A stretch of 64,000 nt of DNA from Candidatus Multivoradales bacterium. GTDB taxonomy: Bacteria > Acidobacteriota > Thermoanaerobaculia > Multivoradales > Multivoraceae. A program made the translations under genes and the position numbers. The notes below the pieces were generated by a model that was given only the letters and a program-made list of their open reading frames with translations, was not told the DNA's origin and ran no database searches. The stretch is from contig CBDCWI010000001.1 in NCBI GenBank assembly GCA_965223325.1, forward strand, positions 896,001 through 960,000, in the 5' to 3' direction. Below are positions 19,801 to 28,718 of the stretch, one piece after another; the stretch's first letter is position 1, and every line of letters starts with the position of its first letter.

Positions 19801-19981
19801 CGGTGCTGAGTCGCGGCGTGCGATTGGTGCGGCGGTGGTTGGCGGCCTGCTCTTCTCGAGCGTCTTTACCCTGTTGGTAGTGCCAGCGCTGCACGTGCTC
19901 GTCGTGAGCGCTGGCGAACGCCTGGGCTTGCGCACCGTGCCGCCTCTCATCGAGTTGGACGAGATTGTTCCCTCCACCTGA
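16874..19981 (+). CDS. RND efflux transporter permease (AcrB/MdtB family)
   Basis: MNLSEISIRRPV start, GMLVDDSIVVLENI, GLVTKNSILLVDF, RFRPILMTS; about 1035 aa. Confidence 0.95.
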   Translation: MNLSEISIRRPVLATVVNLLIVVVGLAAWRYLPIREYPDIDVPVVSISTTWFGASPQTIESSVTEPIEQGLNGIEGIRSISSVSAFSVSQVTVEFESGRDLDVAANDVSNAVQRVLGELPQEAEKPTVSKAGGGGSEAIMWSGLYGDGWSAVDRTDIADRMIKTPVQLIPGVARVMLSGERRYAMRVWLDPARMAARGVEPGDVRRALRENNLQVPAGSIEGTGRKFTVNVDARLADPELYERLVIRREGENIVRIADVGRVEMGSSNYENITRAGGRPSVGVGIVPMSTANQLDVSRRIREAFALIIPRLPEGLDLRIAVDRSLFVRESLKQAATTLVFVFALVIAVNLLFLRSPISTIIASLAIPISLVGALAAMAVFGFSINVLTVLGLILAIGMLVDDSIVVLENIYRRQELGEAPERAARNGAREVAFPVIATTAAVVAVLVPLAAIAGNTGRLFREFAITMTAAVCLSTLVALTAVPMACALFLRVPQKHGRLWELIENTLESSRRGYERGLSFALGHRALMGVFLVAVLGATAFMFRQVPTTLAPLEDRGQVITMVRAPQGSTAAYTDRALRQIEEHLLATPEVDTVFAAVALGFGGPADTAGGIVFTRLHDWSERRRSQQEVVSELFPKFMAIPEALVFPINPPSLGGSGRNSDLQLIIKGSDASLADLERLAGTLMGQLRQTAGLVNVDTDVRLDNPQLDVTIDREKAADLGVSVASVADSLRLLIAEGPADDFVLRNKQYDVIMAVARGFSSVPEQLEEIHVRTATGDMVPISALVTVRPTVGPATLNHYDLERSMSVTANLAPGASMGDVMPQVLRATNEILPAGFSVALGGVSREFVESGQAIYVTFALALLIIFLVLAAQFESFLHPFTVMLSVPLACLGALVTLFALGHTLNVFSGIGIILLVGLVTKNSILLVDFANQERARGADLLAAVRAAGRTRFRPILMTSFTSILGAIPLAVAVGAGAESRRAIGAAVVGGLLFSSVFTLLVVPALHVLVVSAGERLGLRTVPPLIELDEIVPST

Positions 19982-20027
19982 CCTACCTGACCCCAGGCGT
20001 CAGAGCCACGCCGCTGGAGCCTTTCTG

Positions 20028-20864
20028 ATGGTTCGATTCCTTACCCCGCCCTTCGCCAGACCGTTCGCCCCGAGCGCGCTGATCGCGCTCCTGCTCATCG
20101 GGGGGTGTACCGCCCCAGAACCGAACCCCGAGGAGGTGACCGAGAGCCCCAGCAACGCTGAAACAGAGTTCCCCGCGTCGGGTACACCGATTACGCTCAC
20201 CCCACTTCCACCGGCGCCCTCCTATCCCGAGGCCCACCTCACCCTGACCTCGCCTCCGTTGGGCAACGCGGTGCCCCCCGGGACGACCACCTTCGAGTTC
20301 GAGGTCGACAGCTTCGAGCTCGGCGTCCAGACCACCGATGCGGGCGAACGTGGAATCGCAGACTCGGGCGACGGCCAACACATTCACTTCATTCTCGACA
20401 ACGGCCCCTATAGCGCCCTCTACGATCCCCAACACCAGGCGAAGCTCGAGCCCGGGGCACATGTCGTTCTGGCCTTCCTCTCACGCTCGTACCACGAAAG
20501 CGTCAAGCAGGCCGGTGCCTTCGTTGCCCAGGAGTTCCTGGTAGGAGACGGCGCCCAACCCGCTTTTGATCGCATCGCTTCCCACTTGTTCTACAGCCGC
20601 CCCAAAGGCATCTACAAAGGCGCCGACGCTCGAAGCGTGATGCTCGACTTCTTTCTGCTCAACGCCGAGCTCGGCCCGGGCAAGAACACCGTCCTAGCCA
20701 CCATCAACGGCCAGAACTTCACCATCAGCGAGTGGCAGCCATACGCCATTCGTGGCCTCCCCCTGGGTGAGAACACAGTGACTCTCGAACTGCGAGGCCC
20801 GGACGGATCAGCGATCGCCTCGCCCTACAACCCGGTCAGTCGAACCTTTGAACTAGTCGAGTAG
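20028..20864 (+). CDS. Hypothetical lipoprotein with a His-containing beta-rich domain
   Basis: Lipobox LIGG-C, Pro-rich linker, GQHIHFILDN and RSYHESVK motifs. Confidence 0.65.
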   Translation: MVRFLTPPFARPFAPSALIALLLIGGCTAPEPNPEEVTESPSNAETEFPASGTPITLTPLPPAPSYPEAHLTLTSPPLGNAVPPGTTTFEFEVDSFELGVQTTDAGERGIADSGDGQHIHFILDNGPYSALYDPQHQAKLEPGAHVVLAFLSRSYHESVKQAGAFVAQEFLVGDGAQPAFDRIASHLFYSRPKGIYKGADARSVMLDFFLLNAELGPGKNTVLATINGQNFTISEWQPYAIRGLPLGENTVTLELRGPDGSAIASPYNPVSRTFELVE

Positions 20865-20874
20865 ACAGAAGGGC

Positions 20875-20918
20875 CGCTGGCCGCTATCCCTCCCTCACGA
20901 TGGGAGCAGGACGGCCAG
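20875..20918 (+). terminator. Long GC hairpin downstream of the lipoprotein gene (no U tract; terminator or mRNA stabiliser)
   Basis: GCTGGCCG...CTCCC-loop-GGGAG...CGGCCAGC. Confidence 0.35.
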
Positions 20919-20955
20919 CCAGGACCCACTCTCACGCTCGAGGAGACGAGTAGGC

Positions 20956-22557
20956 ATGACGCAACACGGCGACGAGAACCTCTACTACCCCAGCGTTCAC
21001 GCCCGGCTGCGCCCCGATCACCCGGCGCAGATCATGGCCGCGACCGGCGAGGTTCTCACCTATCGTGAGCTCGACAAACGCTCGATGCAGATCGCGCAGC
21101 GCCTTCGCGGCGCCGGCCTCGGGCCCGGCGACGGAGTCGCCTTCTACCTCGAGAATCACCCTTGGTTCCTCGCGCTCGGTTGGGGCGCGCACCGCGCCGC
21201 CCTGCGCTTTACGGCGATCAACTACCACCTGAACGCCGACGAGGTCGAGTACATCGTGCGCGACTGCGGGGCCCGCGCCTTCATCACCAGCAGAGCCCAA
21301 AGCGAGGCCGCGCTCCAGCTCGCCGAGCGTTTCGACGATCTCGAACGACTTGCCCTGGTCGGTCCCGACGGCCCAAGCCTCGACGGGTACAAGGACCTGG
21401 AGCGAGAGGTCGCCGCTCTGCCCGCTCAGCCAGTCGAGGATGAAGGGGAAGGGGTCTCGATGCTCTATTCCTCCGGCACCACCGGCAGACCCAAGGGGGT
21501 CTACCGCGAACTCACCCGCGCCCCGCTCGGAACACCGCCGCCCAACCTCGACCTCACCCTCGAGCGCTACCAGGTCTCGGAAGACTCGATCTATCTCTCG
21601 CCGGCGCCGCTCTACCACGCCGCACCGCTGGCCTTCAACATGCTCTTTCAGCGAATGGGCGCCACCTGCGTGATCATGGAGCGCTTCGATGCTGCCACCG
21701 CACTGCGCCATCTCGACGAGTACCGGATCACCCACTCGCAGTGGGTACCGACGATGTTCGTTCGCATGCTGAAGCTGCCTGCCGACGAACGCGCCGGACG
21801 CGATCTGTCACAGCACCGATGTGCAATTCATGCCGCGGCACCCTGCCCGGTGCCAGTCAAGAAGCAGATGATCGAGTGGTGGGGACCGATTCTCAAGGAG
21901 TACTACGCCGGCACCGAAGGGAACGGCTCGACCTTCGTCGACAGTCATGAGTGGCTCGCCCATCCGGGTACCGTTGGGAAACCCCAGGGGGTCACCATCC
22001 ACATCACGGACGACGAAGGTCGGGAGCTTCCAGTGGGCGAGTCGGGGGCCATCTGGTTCGATGGCGGAGCTGAGTTCGAATACCACAACGATCCCGACAA
22101 GACGGCGGCGAGCCGTCACCCGAAGGGTTGGTCCACTCTTGGAGACATCGGCTATGTCGACGAGGAGGGCTACCTCTACCTCACCGATCGCAAGGCACAC
22201 ATGATCATTCGCGGCGGAGTGAACGTCTACCCGCAAGAAGCAGAGAACGTGCTCATCACCCATCCGGAGGTGTTCGACTGCGCGGTGATCGGCGTGCCGC
22301 ATGACGATCTCGGCGAAGAGGTCAAGGGCGTCGTGCAGTTGATGCCCGGAGTATCACCGCGCGATGGGCTCGAAGAGGAGTTGCTCGAGTACTGCCGCCA
22401 GAGTCTGGCGCGCTTCAAGTGCCCAGCCTCGATCGACTTCGAAGACGAATTGCCACGACATCCCACCGGCAAGCTCTATAAGCGCTTGCTCCGCGACCGC
22501 TATCGCGGTGCCACCGATCTGCGCATCGTTGAAACGCCCGGCCCGCAGTCCGTGTGA
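20956..22557 (+). CDS. Acyl-CoA synthetase (AMP-forming, FadD4-like)
   Basis: YSSGTTGRPKG, YYAGTEG, GDIGYVDEEGYLYLTDRK, LPRHPTGKLYK; GGAG RBS. Confidence 0.93.
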   Translation: MTQHGDENLYYPSVHARLRPDHPAQIMAATGEVLTYRELDKRSMQIAQRLRGAGLGPGDGVAFYLENHPWFLALGWGAHRAALRFTAINYHLNADEVEYIVRDCGARAFITSRAQSEAALQLAERFDDLERLALVGPDGPSLDGYKDLEREVAALPAQPVEDEGEGVSMLYSSGTTGRPKGVYRELTRAPLGTPPPNLDLTLERYQVSEDSIYLSPAPLYHAAPLAFNMLFQRMGATCVIMERFDAATALRHLDEYRITHSQWVPTMFVRMLKLPADERAGRDLSQHRCAIHAAAPCPVPVKKQMIEWWGPILKEYYAGTEGNGSTFVDSHEWLAHPGTVGKPQGVTIHITDDEGRELPVGESGAIWFDGGAEFEYHNDPDKTAASRHPKGWSTLGDIGYVDEEGYLYLTDRKAHMIIRGGVNVYPQEAENVLITHPEVFDCAVIGVPHDDLGEEVKGVVQLMPGVSPRDGLEEELLEYCRQSLARFKCPASIDFEDELPRHPTGKLYKRLLRDRYRGATDLRIVETPGPQSV

Positions 22558-22676
22558 ACTTCGTCCCTCCAGGGTAAGGCTTCGTCCCCGTTCTCGACGG
22601 CTCCTCCCGGGATCGTTGCCGCCGCCGCACGCCGACAGCTAGGCTCGGGAACATTCATCCAGCCGGTGGAGAACGC

Positions 22677-24575
22677 GTGAACAACGACCTCAGCGGGCTT
22701 GCCCGTACCCCAGGCATACCCTCACCGCGAGCCTTCGCCGCGTTGTCGCCTCAAGCGATCTCACACACCGTAGCGCCACCGAAGGCTCCTTCACCGAGGG
22801 AACCCTCACGGAAGAAGGCCTCACACACAGCCCTGGCGCTGGCCGGCTTCCTGCTGCTCTCGGGCGCCGCCATGGCCCAGGAGCCCACCGGGACGAACAG
22901 ATCGGCACCCGGGCCGGAGGATCTACCGCGCATCGAGGAAGACCTGGCGGTTCGTCTGATCAACGTCGACGTGGTGGTCACCGATCGCCAGGATCAACAC
23001 ATCCGTGGCCTGACACGTGATGACTTCGAGCTGCGCATCAACGGCGAGAAAGTCGACTTCACCCACTTCGCGGAGATCGATCGCCGGACGATCGAAGGAT
23101 CTCGAGCAAACAAAGCGGAAGTTGAAGATGCAGATGTCCCTTCGGCCCAGCCCTGGCTGGTGATCCTGGTCGATGGGCAAACTCTCCCACCGGCGCCGCG
23201 CCGCGCCTTGATCGACGCCATCGATCCCGAGCTCGAGCGACTCGTCGAACGCTCCCGAGGCGTCATGGTCGCTGGCCTCGCCAGGCGCCTCGAACTCGAT
23301 CAGCCCTTCACCAAAGACGTTTCTCTAGTGCGCCAGGCGCTCGAGCGTACCGCCAAGCGAGTCGTCACCCAGCCACGCCTCGACAGTGGCCTGGTGCGCA
23401 TCATCGACTACGCTCCATCACCGACGCAGCAGCAGTCTCCCGGCGCCCAACTGCAGAACCGTCGCTCGATCCTCGAGGCGCGGCGTGCGATCTACCGCAT
23501 CCGAGACCAGGCCAACGCCCACCGCCACGACATCATCAACGGCACCGAACAGGTGCGCCAGCTCATCGCGACACTCGGCGGCGTGCCGGGGCGCTCGACG
23601 GTGCTCTTCTTGAGCAATGGGATCGCCACCTCACCCGCTGAGCAGCTCTTCCACATGTGGTGGAACAAGTTCGAAGAGTGGGCTCCACAACTCGACGTGC
23701 GCCCTCCCGAAGTCGAAATACGGCAGTACGACACGGGCTTCGACATTCCCAACCTGGTCGAGCACGCGGCACGGAACCGGGTCACGTTCTATGCCCTCTC
23801 CGACTTGAGAGGTCGTGACCGCACCCAAGTCACCAGCGGTGCCATCAGTACTGCTCTGGCACAGGCAACCGACCTCCCGCAGGAGACCCTGGCGCTCCTG
23901 GCAAACAGCACCGGCGGCCTGGCACGGCAGCGAGCCACCCACGCCGACGACCTCGTCGGCGTACTCGACAGCGATCTCAACCACCACTACTCGCTGGCTT
24001 TCGACCCCGACGAAGCAGGAATGTCGCGCGGCAACGTCAAGGTCAAGGTCAAGCGGCGCGGTGTCCGGCTGCGCTACCTCGAGCGCTTCAAAGCCGAAGC
24101 TCCCGAGGACGCTCTCGAAGACCTCGCCCTGGCCTCGCTGGTGCTCGACGCGGCCGAGAATCCCCTGGGCGCTTCGATCGAGATCGGCGAAGCGAAGCGG
24201 GAAGACAAGGGCCGCTACCTGCTGCCGATTCTGGTCAAGGTCCCGATCGCCAATCTCACCCTGATGCCACTGTCGGACCGGCACGTGGCCGGCGTATCGT
24301 TGGTGGTCGCGGCGAGGAACGAACGCGGCGGAGCGTCGAAGCCGGTGCACGGGCGTATCCCGATCGTCATCCCCAACGACTCCCTCCTCGAAGCCATGTC
24401 CCAGTCGGCCGGCGGACGGCTCGATCTGATGGTCTCCGCCGGGCCTCAGAAGATCGCCATTGGCTTGCGCGATGACGTTGGACAAACCCAAGCCGGCATC
24501 AATCTGGCCATCGACGTCGGATCGATTACGGAGGGCGAGGCGGCGATCGATCGGGACTCGCGCCAGAGGGAGTGA
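22677..24575 (+). CDS. Secreted VWA-domain protein, Acidobacterial VWFA type, degenerate MIDAS
   Basis: VRLINVDVVVTDR..IRGLTRDDFEL, PGRSTVLFLSNG, LANSTGG, HYSLAF. MIDAS position reads DGQT. Start may be downstream. Confidence 0.78.
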   Translation: MNNDLSGLARTPGIPSPRAFAALSPQAISHTVAPPKAPSPREPSRKKASHTALALAGFLLLSGAAMAQEPTGTNRSAPGPEDLPRIEEDLAVRLINVDVVVTDRQDQHIRGLTRDDFELRINGEKVDFTHFAEIDRRTIEGSRANKAEVEDADVPSAQPWLVILVDGQTLPPAPRRALIDAIDPELERLVERSRGVMVAGLARRLELDQPFTKDVSLVRQALERTAKRVVTQPRLDSGLVRIIDYAPSPTQQQSPGAQLQNRRSILEARRAIYRIRDQANAHRHDIINGTEQVRQLIATLGGVPGRSTVLFLSNGIATSPAEQLFHMWWNKFEEWAPQLDVRPPEVEIRQYDTGFDIPNLVEHAARNRVTFYALSDLRGRDRTQVTSGAISTALAQATDLPQETLALLANSTGGLARQRATHADDLVGVLDSDLNHHYSLAFDPDEAGMSRGNVKVKVKRRGVRLRYLERFKAEAPEDALEDLALASLVLDAAENPLGASIEIGEAKREDKGRYLLPILVKVPIANLTLMPLSDRHVAGVSLVVAARNERGGASKPVHGRIPIVIPNDSLLEAMSQSAGGRLDLMVSAGPQKIAIGLRDDVGQTQAGINLAIDVGSITEGEAAIDRDSRQRE

Positions 24576-26290
24576 GACCCCGAAAGGGCCAGGACATACT
24601 GCGCTCAGTCGGCCGGCTTCTGGCTCTGTGTTTCGCCTTCTGGATGGGCGGTTCCCTCCTGGGAACGGCTAGCGCCGGTCAGACCGGCGAAGCGCCGCTC
24701 GCGTCGCGTCCGTTGGGCGGACTGCGGAGCCAGGCGGCGGCACTCCTGATCCAGGGCGGCAATGGTGGCGACATCAAGCTTGCCGCGAGGGCACATCTTG
24801 AGCCCGACGGGGACCTTCACCTTTGGTTGGCGTTCGTTCCCGTGCCCGGAGAACGGCTTTCTGCGGACACGCAGGCCGACGATCAAGTGACCGAGCAAAG
24901 CGTCGAGCTCTACGCCTACCTTCTGGGCTCGGGCGGCGCGGTCCTCGCTCACCTTGCCGAACAAGTCGCACTCGGACCTGAGCCCGAAAAGGCACTTGTT
25001 GTCGGTTGGCAGAGCCGCTTACCCGACGTCGGAACCGTCCCGCCGAAAGCTGTCCTCCGCCTGCTGCTGCTCGATCCCGAAACCGGGTTGTTCGGGCTCA
25101 GGAGCCTCGATCTCGATGAGGAGATCCGGCAGAACCTCGCGAGCGGCGAGTTCTCACCCGACCTTGAAATCCGCCTCCCCTCCGCTCCACACCTGCCCTG
25201 GCCCGGGATGCTTTTGGCCGAGCTCGAGGGGCCCTCGCGCGTCGGCGAGGGAACCGGCACGCCATCCTCTTCGGACGTTGTCGCCTCGAGGGCGGCCGCC
25301 CGTCGCAACGCCCGCCAGCGTCGGTTCGGGAGCCTGCGCCGCACCTATCGTGAGGCGCTTAGCGATGGTCTCCGAGGACTCGACCTCGATGCCGCGACGG
25401 GAGCGGCGCTCGCCTACGATCTCGCCGGTACCGACCAGACCTACGACCTGCGCGGGCGGGCACTTGCCACCGAAGAAGCCGGGTGGATCGCACGGTCCCC
25501 AGAGTCGGCCGTTCCGCTTCTCGCACTGCACGAGCGCCTGTGGCGCATCCATCGCAGTACAGGTCGCTTGGCACTGGCGGGCCGGCAGAGATCGCACGCC
25601 CTGGCCGTTCTCGAGGCGCTGCCTGCCGACACCGGCCCAGCGACGCGCACAGCGCTTGCCGACGTCTTGTCCTCCTTCGCACGGCGTACCGAGGCCGGCG
25701 GAATGTACGGCGAAGCCCGGCGTCTCCTTCGTCGGGCCCTCGAGCTCGCGCCCGAACACCAGGCCGCACGCAAGCTTCTCGCGCGCTCGCTCGAACGCAC
25801 CGGTCACTACGCCGCGGCTCTCGAGCAGGTCAACGCGCTCGCCCGATCCGACGCACACGACAAAGAAAACAGGCTTCGCCAGGCCCTCCTTCTCGCGCGA
25901 CTCGAGCACAGCCTCGAGGCGCGACGAGGTCTCGAACGGTTGGTTCGAGAGGCGGCGCCGGACTGGGTCTCCATCCTTGCCTACGAGGAACTCGCGCGCC
26001 TCGAGAGCCAAGAGCGACCACAACGCGCCCTCGAACTGCTCTACCAGGCGCACCAGAGGTTCCCGAACTCACAGACCACCCGAGCTCGCCTCGCCTGGGA
26101 ACTCGAGCGCGCCAACCGAACGAGCGACGCCCGAAGCGTGCTGGCAGTGGCCAGGGCTCCCGAGAGCCGGAGCCCGCGGGCACGCTACGCCCATCCGAGT
26201 GACGACGTGGCCCGATCGCTCGACAACGCAGTCGCTCGACACGTTCGGCTGCGTCTGCCGACCCTGCAACGGGTACTGGGCGATCGCTAG
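24572..26290 (+). CDS. Secreted TPR-repeat protein
   Basis: Signal peptide; C-terminal TPR-like helices (EARRLLRRALELAPEH..ARKLLA). Translationally coupled between two VWA genes. Confidence 0.65.
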   Translation: MRPRKGQDILRSVGRLLALCFAFWMGGSLLGTASAGQTGEAPLASRPLGGLRSQAAALLIQGGNGGDIKLAARAHLEPDGDLHLWLAFVPVPGERLSADTQADDQVTEQSVELYAYLLGSGGAVLAHLAEQVALGPEPEKALVVGWQSRLPDVGTVPPKAVLRLLLLDPETGLFGLRSLDLDEEIRQNLASGEFSPDLEIRLPSAPHLPWPGMLLAELEGPSRVGEGTGTPSSSDVVASRAAARRNARQRRFGSLRRTYREALSDGLRGLDLDAATGAALAYDLAGTDQTYDLRGRALATEEAGWIARSPESAVPLLALHERLWRIHRSTGRLALAGRQRSHALAVLEALPADTGPATRTALADVLSSFARRTEAGGMYGEARRLLRRALELAPEHQAARKLLARSLERTGHYAAALEQVNALARSDAHDKENRLRQALLLARLEHSLEARRGLERLVREAAPDWVSILAYEELARLESQERPQRALELLYQAHQRFPNSQTTRARLAWELERANRTSDARSVLAVARAPESRSPRARYAHPSDDVARSLDNAVARHVRLRLPTLQRVLGDR

Positions 26291-27558
26291 TGAAAACGCG
26301 GTCTAGAAAGGCACTGCTCGCTCTGGCCCTTCTAGTGCCAGTCCTCACTCCGTGCTCACTGCTCTGGGCGGATCCAGCGCCCACTCAGCCGGAGGCCGAG
26401 GACGATTCCGCGGCCGCGACGATCCTCCTCTACTCACCACAGCGGGACGTGCCGGCCATCGGAGAGGTGCCTGTCTATGCCGACGTGCTCACCGACCGGC
26501 AGCCAGTCGAGCTCGTCATCAAGGTCGATGGGGAGGAACGGGCGCGTCTGCAGGAGAAACCCTGGCGGGTGACGATCGATGTCGGCCAGGAAAACGTCGA
26601 GCACACCTTCGAGATCACCGCGTGGAGCGCCGGCGACGTCATCGGATCCGAGACCCGGCGTACGCCGGCGATCCGCGTCGACGAAGCTTTGTCGCTCGAG
26701 CTTCGACAGCTCTACGTCACAGTCACAGATCGCTCAGGCGAGCGGGTCACCGGCCTCAGCGCCGGTGACTTCGAGGTGCGCGACAACCAGATCAAGCAAA
26801 CGCTGGTCACCTTCGAGGGCGGCGACGCGCCGCTGTCGGCGGCCCTTCTGGTGGACGCCTCGATCAGCATGCGTGGGGACCCACTCGCGGCCGCAAACCA
26901 GGGTGCCCGGAAGTTTCTGAGCGGTCTCAGACCACTCGACGAAGCAACCGTCATCCACTTCTCCGATCGCGAACTCTCGCGCATCGAATGGGAAGTCCCC
27001 GGAGGAACCTCCGAGAGTGCACCAGAGAGCGCCCGCCTAGCCGAAGTCGAGCTGCACACCGGGGAGGCCGACGGAAGCGGAACTGCCCTCAATGACCGGC
27101 TCTTCGAAGCCCTCCGCCAACTCGAAGATCGTCAGGGGCGGAGGATCGTGATTCTGCTCTCCGATGGAATCGACACCCTGAGCGTTCTCGATGCGCCTGA
27201 GGTCGCACTCACCAGTCGCCGCACCGCCGCGGCCGTCTACTGGATCGATCTCCGACTGAGCGGCCGCAGCGGCGACAATGTGATCTCGACGTGGCGCAGC
27301 CGCGAGAGCCACCGGCGCGAACGTCAGGCTCTCTTGAACCTCGTCGAAGAAAGTGGTGGACGGGTCATCCCGGTACGCGATCCGAGCGAGCTCGAGGGCA
27401 CCTTCGCTCGGATTCTCGAGGAGCTGCGCGAACAGTACGTGCTCGGGTACTACCCCATCGAGGATCACGACGACGGCAGCTGGCACGACGTCGATGTGCG
27501 CGTTACGCGACCCGGGCTGAGCCCGAGGACCCGGGCTGGCTACCTCGATGTCCCGTAG
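26290..27558 (+). CDS. Secreted Ig-like + VWA-domain protein, Acidobacterial VWFA type, intact MIDAS
   Basis: LYVTVTDR..VTGL...DFEV, DASISM, GTALND, LLSDGID, ELREQYVLGYYP, TRAGY. Confidence 0.85.
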   Translation: MKTRSRKALLALALLVPVLTPCSLLWADPAPTQPEAEDDSAAATILLYSPQRDVPAIGEVPVYADVLTDRQPVELVIKVDGEERARLQEKPWRVTIDVGQENVEHTFEITAWSAGDVIGSETRRTPAIRVDEALSLELRQLYVTVTDRSGERVTGLSAGDFEVRDNQIKQTLVTFEGGDAPLSAALLVDASISMRGDPLAAANQGARKFLSGLRPLDEATVIHFSDRELSRIEWEVPGGTSESAPESARLAEVELHTGEADGSGTALNDRLFEALRQLEDRQGRRIVILLSDGIDTLSVLDAPEVALTSRRTAAAVYWIDLRLSGRSGDNVISTWRSRESHRRERQALLNLVEESGGRVIPVRDPSELEGTFARILEELREQYVLGYYPIEDHDDGSWHDVDVRVTRPGLSPRTRAGYLDVP

Positions 27559-27607
27559 CTTCTACCGCCTGACCTGAACCCCTTAGAGGGGCAGCGCGCA
27601 AAGAAAA

Positions 27608-27636
27608 TGTGACCCAGGGGCGTCCAGCGGTACTTT
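27608..27636 (+). promoter_or_regulatory. Possible ECF-type autoregulatory promoter upstream of the sigma gene
   Basis: AAAA-TGTGACC ... GGTACT upstream of the ECF gene; resemblance only. Confidence 0.3.
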
Positions 27637-27701
27637 GAGGTCAGGAGCCCCCTGAGTGGACGGTCGCAAGTCGCGACCGCGTCGCGGGGCCCCTCACCTC
27701 C

Positions 27702-28274
27702 ATGCCTCAATCACGACCAAACGCCGCGACCAGCCCCGCCGATCCCGTCCAAGCAGATCGAGCTGTAGAAGATCGAGCTCTAGCGGAGTGCGTTCGCAAG
27801 CTGGCGCCACGCCTTCTGCGCTACTGCCGGGGACGGCTCAAGCGCACCGCCGACGCCGAAGAACTCGCCCAGGAAACCCTGTGTGCGCTCGTCGAACGTT
27901 GGCGACGGCTCGGCCCACCCGAGAACCCAGAAGCCTTCGTGTTCGTCATCGCCCGCCGACGCGCTGCAAGAGTCGCCGTCAAGGCGGCGCTCCTGCAGCC
28001 GCTCGAGCTCCTTGGCGATCGACCGAGCCGGCACCCTCTACCCGACGACCAGGCCGAGGCCGAAGAAGCACTGGGCCATCTGCGTCGCGAGCTGGCGCGG
28101 CTACCGAGTCGCGAACGCGAGGCGATGCTCCTGGTCTTCGGCGCTGGCCTCGACCATGACGCTGCCGCCGCCGCCCTCGGCATCGGTCGCTCTGCCTTGA
28201 AGATGCGAATCCACCGGGCGAAGAAGCGCCTGGCCAACCGATTGGAGCCAATCCATGACCCCGCACGACCCTGA
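27702..28274 (+). CDS. ECF RNA polymerase sigma factor
   Basis: Region 2 (DAEELAQETL, AFVFVIARR) and region 4 HTH (LPSREREAMLL..AAALGIGRSALKMRIHRAKKRL). Confidence 0.88.
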   Translation: MPQSRPNAATSPADPVQADRAVEDRALAECVRKLAPRLLRYCRGRLKRTADAEELAQETLCALVERWRRLGPPENPEAFVFVIARRRAARVAVKAALLQPLELLGDRPSRHPLPDDQAEAEEALGHLRRELARLPSREREAMLLVFGAGLDHDAAAAALGIGRSALKMRIHRAKKRLANRLEPIHDPARP

Positions 28275-28659
28275 AGAACAGCGCCCGGAAGGTCGCGCTG
28301 CCCTCCTCGACTTCGAAGCCCTCGATGCGAGTCCTGCCGCGGTCGAGCGCATCGTCCGCCGCGCGCTCTCGGGTAAGAGGCGCCGCACGATCAGCGTTCC
28401 TGCTCTGGTGACGGTCGCTGTCGCTGCGCTAGTACTCCTGGCCGTGGCGCTCTCCTCGCGCCCGCCCGGCGACTCGCGTCCCGCTAGCCGAGCGACCGAA
28501 GCTCTAGCCGCTGGCGAAGCCCGGCCACCCACGGTTGAGCAGCCTCAGTTCACGATCTCCAACGAGAGTGGGCCAATCCTGGTCATGGAGGGCGACCGCG
28601 TCACCGCCGTCATTCATACCGCAGCGAGAGCGACCCCTGCCCAGTCGAGGCGCCAGTAG
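28255..28659 (+). CDS. Small single-TM putative anti-sigma factor
   Basis: Overlaps the sigma 3' end; short cytoplasmic N-terminus, one TM (VPALVTVAVAALVLLAVAL), short beta-rich C-terminus. Confidence 0.6.
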   Translation: MTPHDPEEQRPEGRAALLDFEALDASPAAVERIVRRALSGKRRRTISVPALVTVAVAALVLLAVALSSRPPGDSRPASRATEALAAGEARPPTVEQPQFTISNESGPILVMEGDRVTAVIHTAARATPAQSRRQ

Positions 28660-28718
28660 CCCGCGCGTTTGGCCAACCGAGCGTTTCGTCGCCACAGAAA
28701 CCACCCAAGGATCACTTC

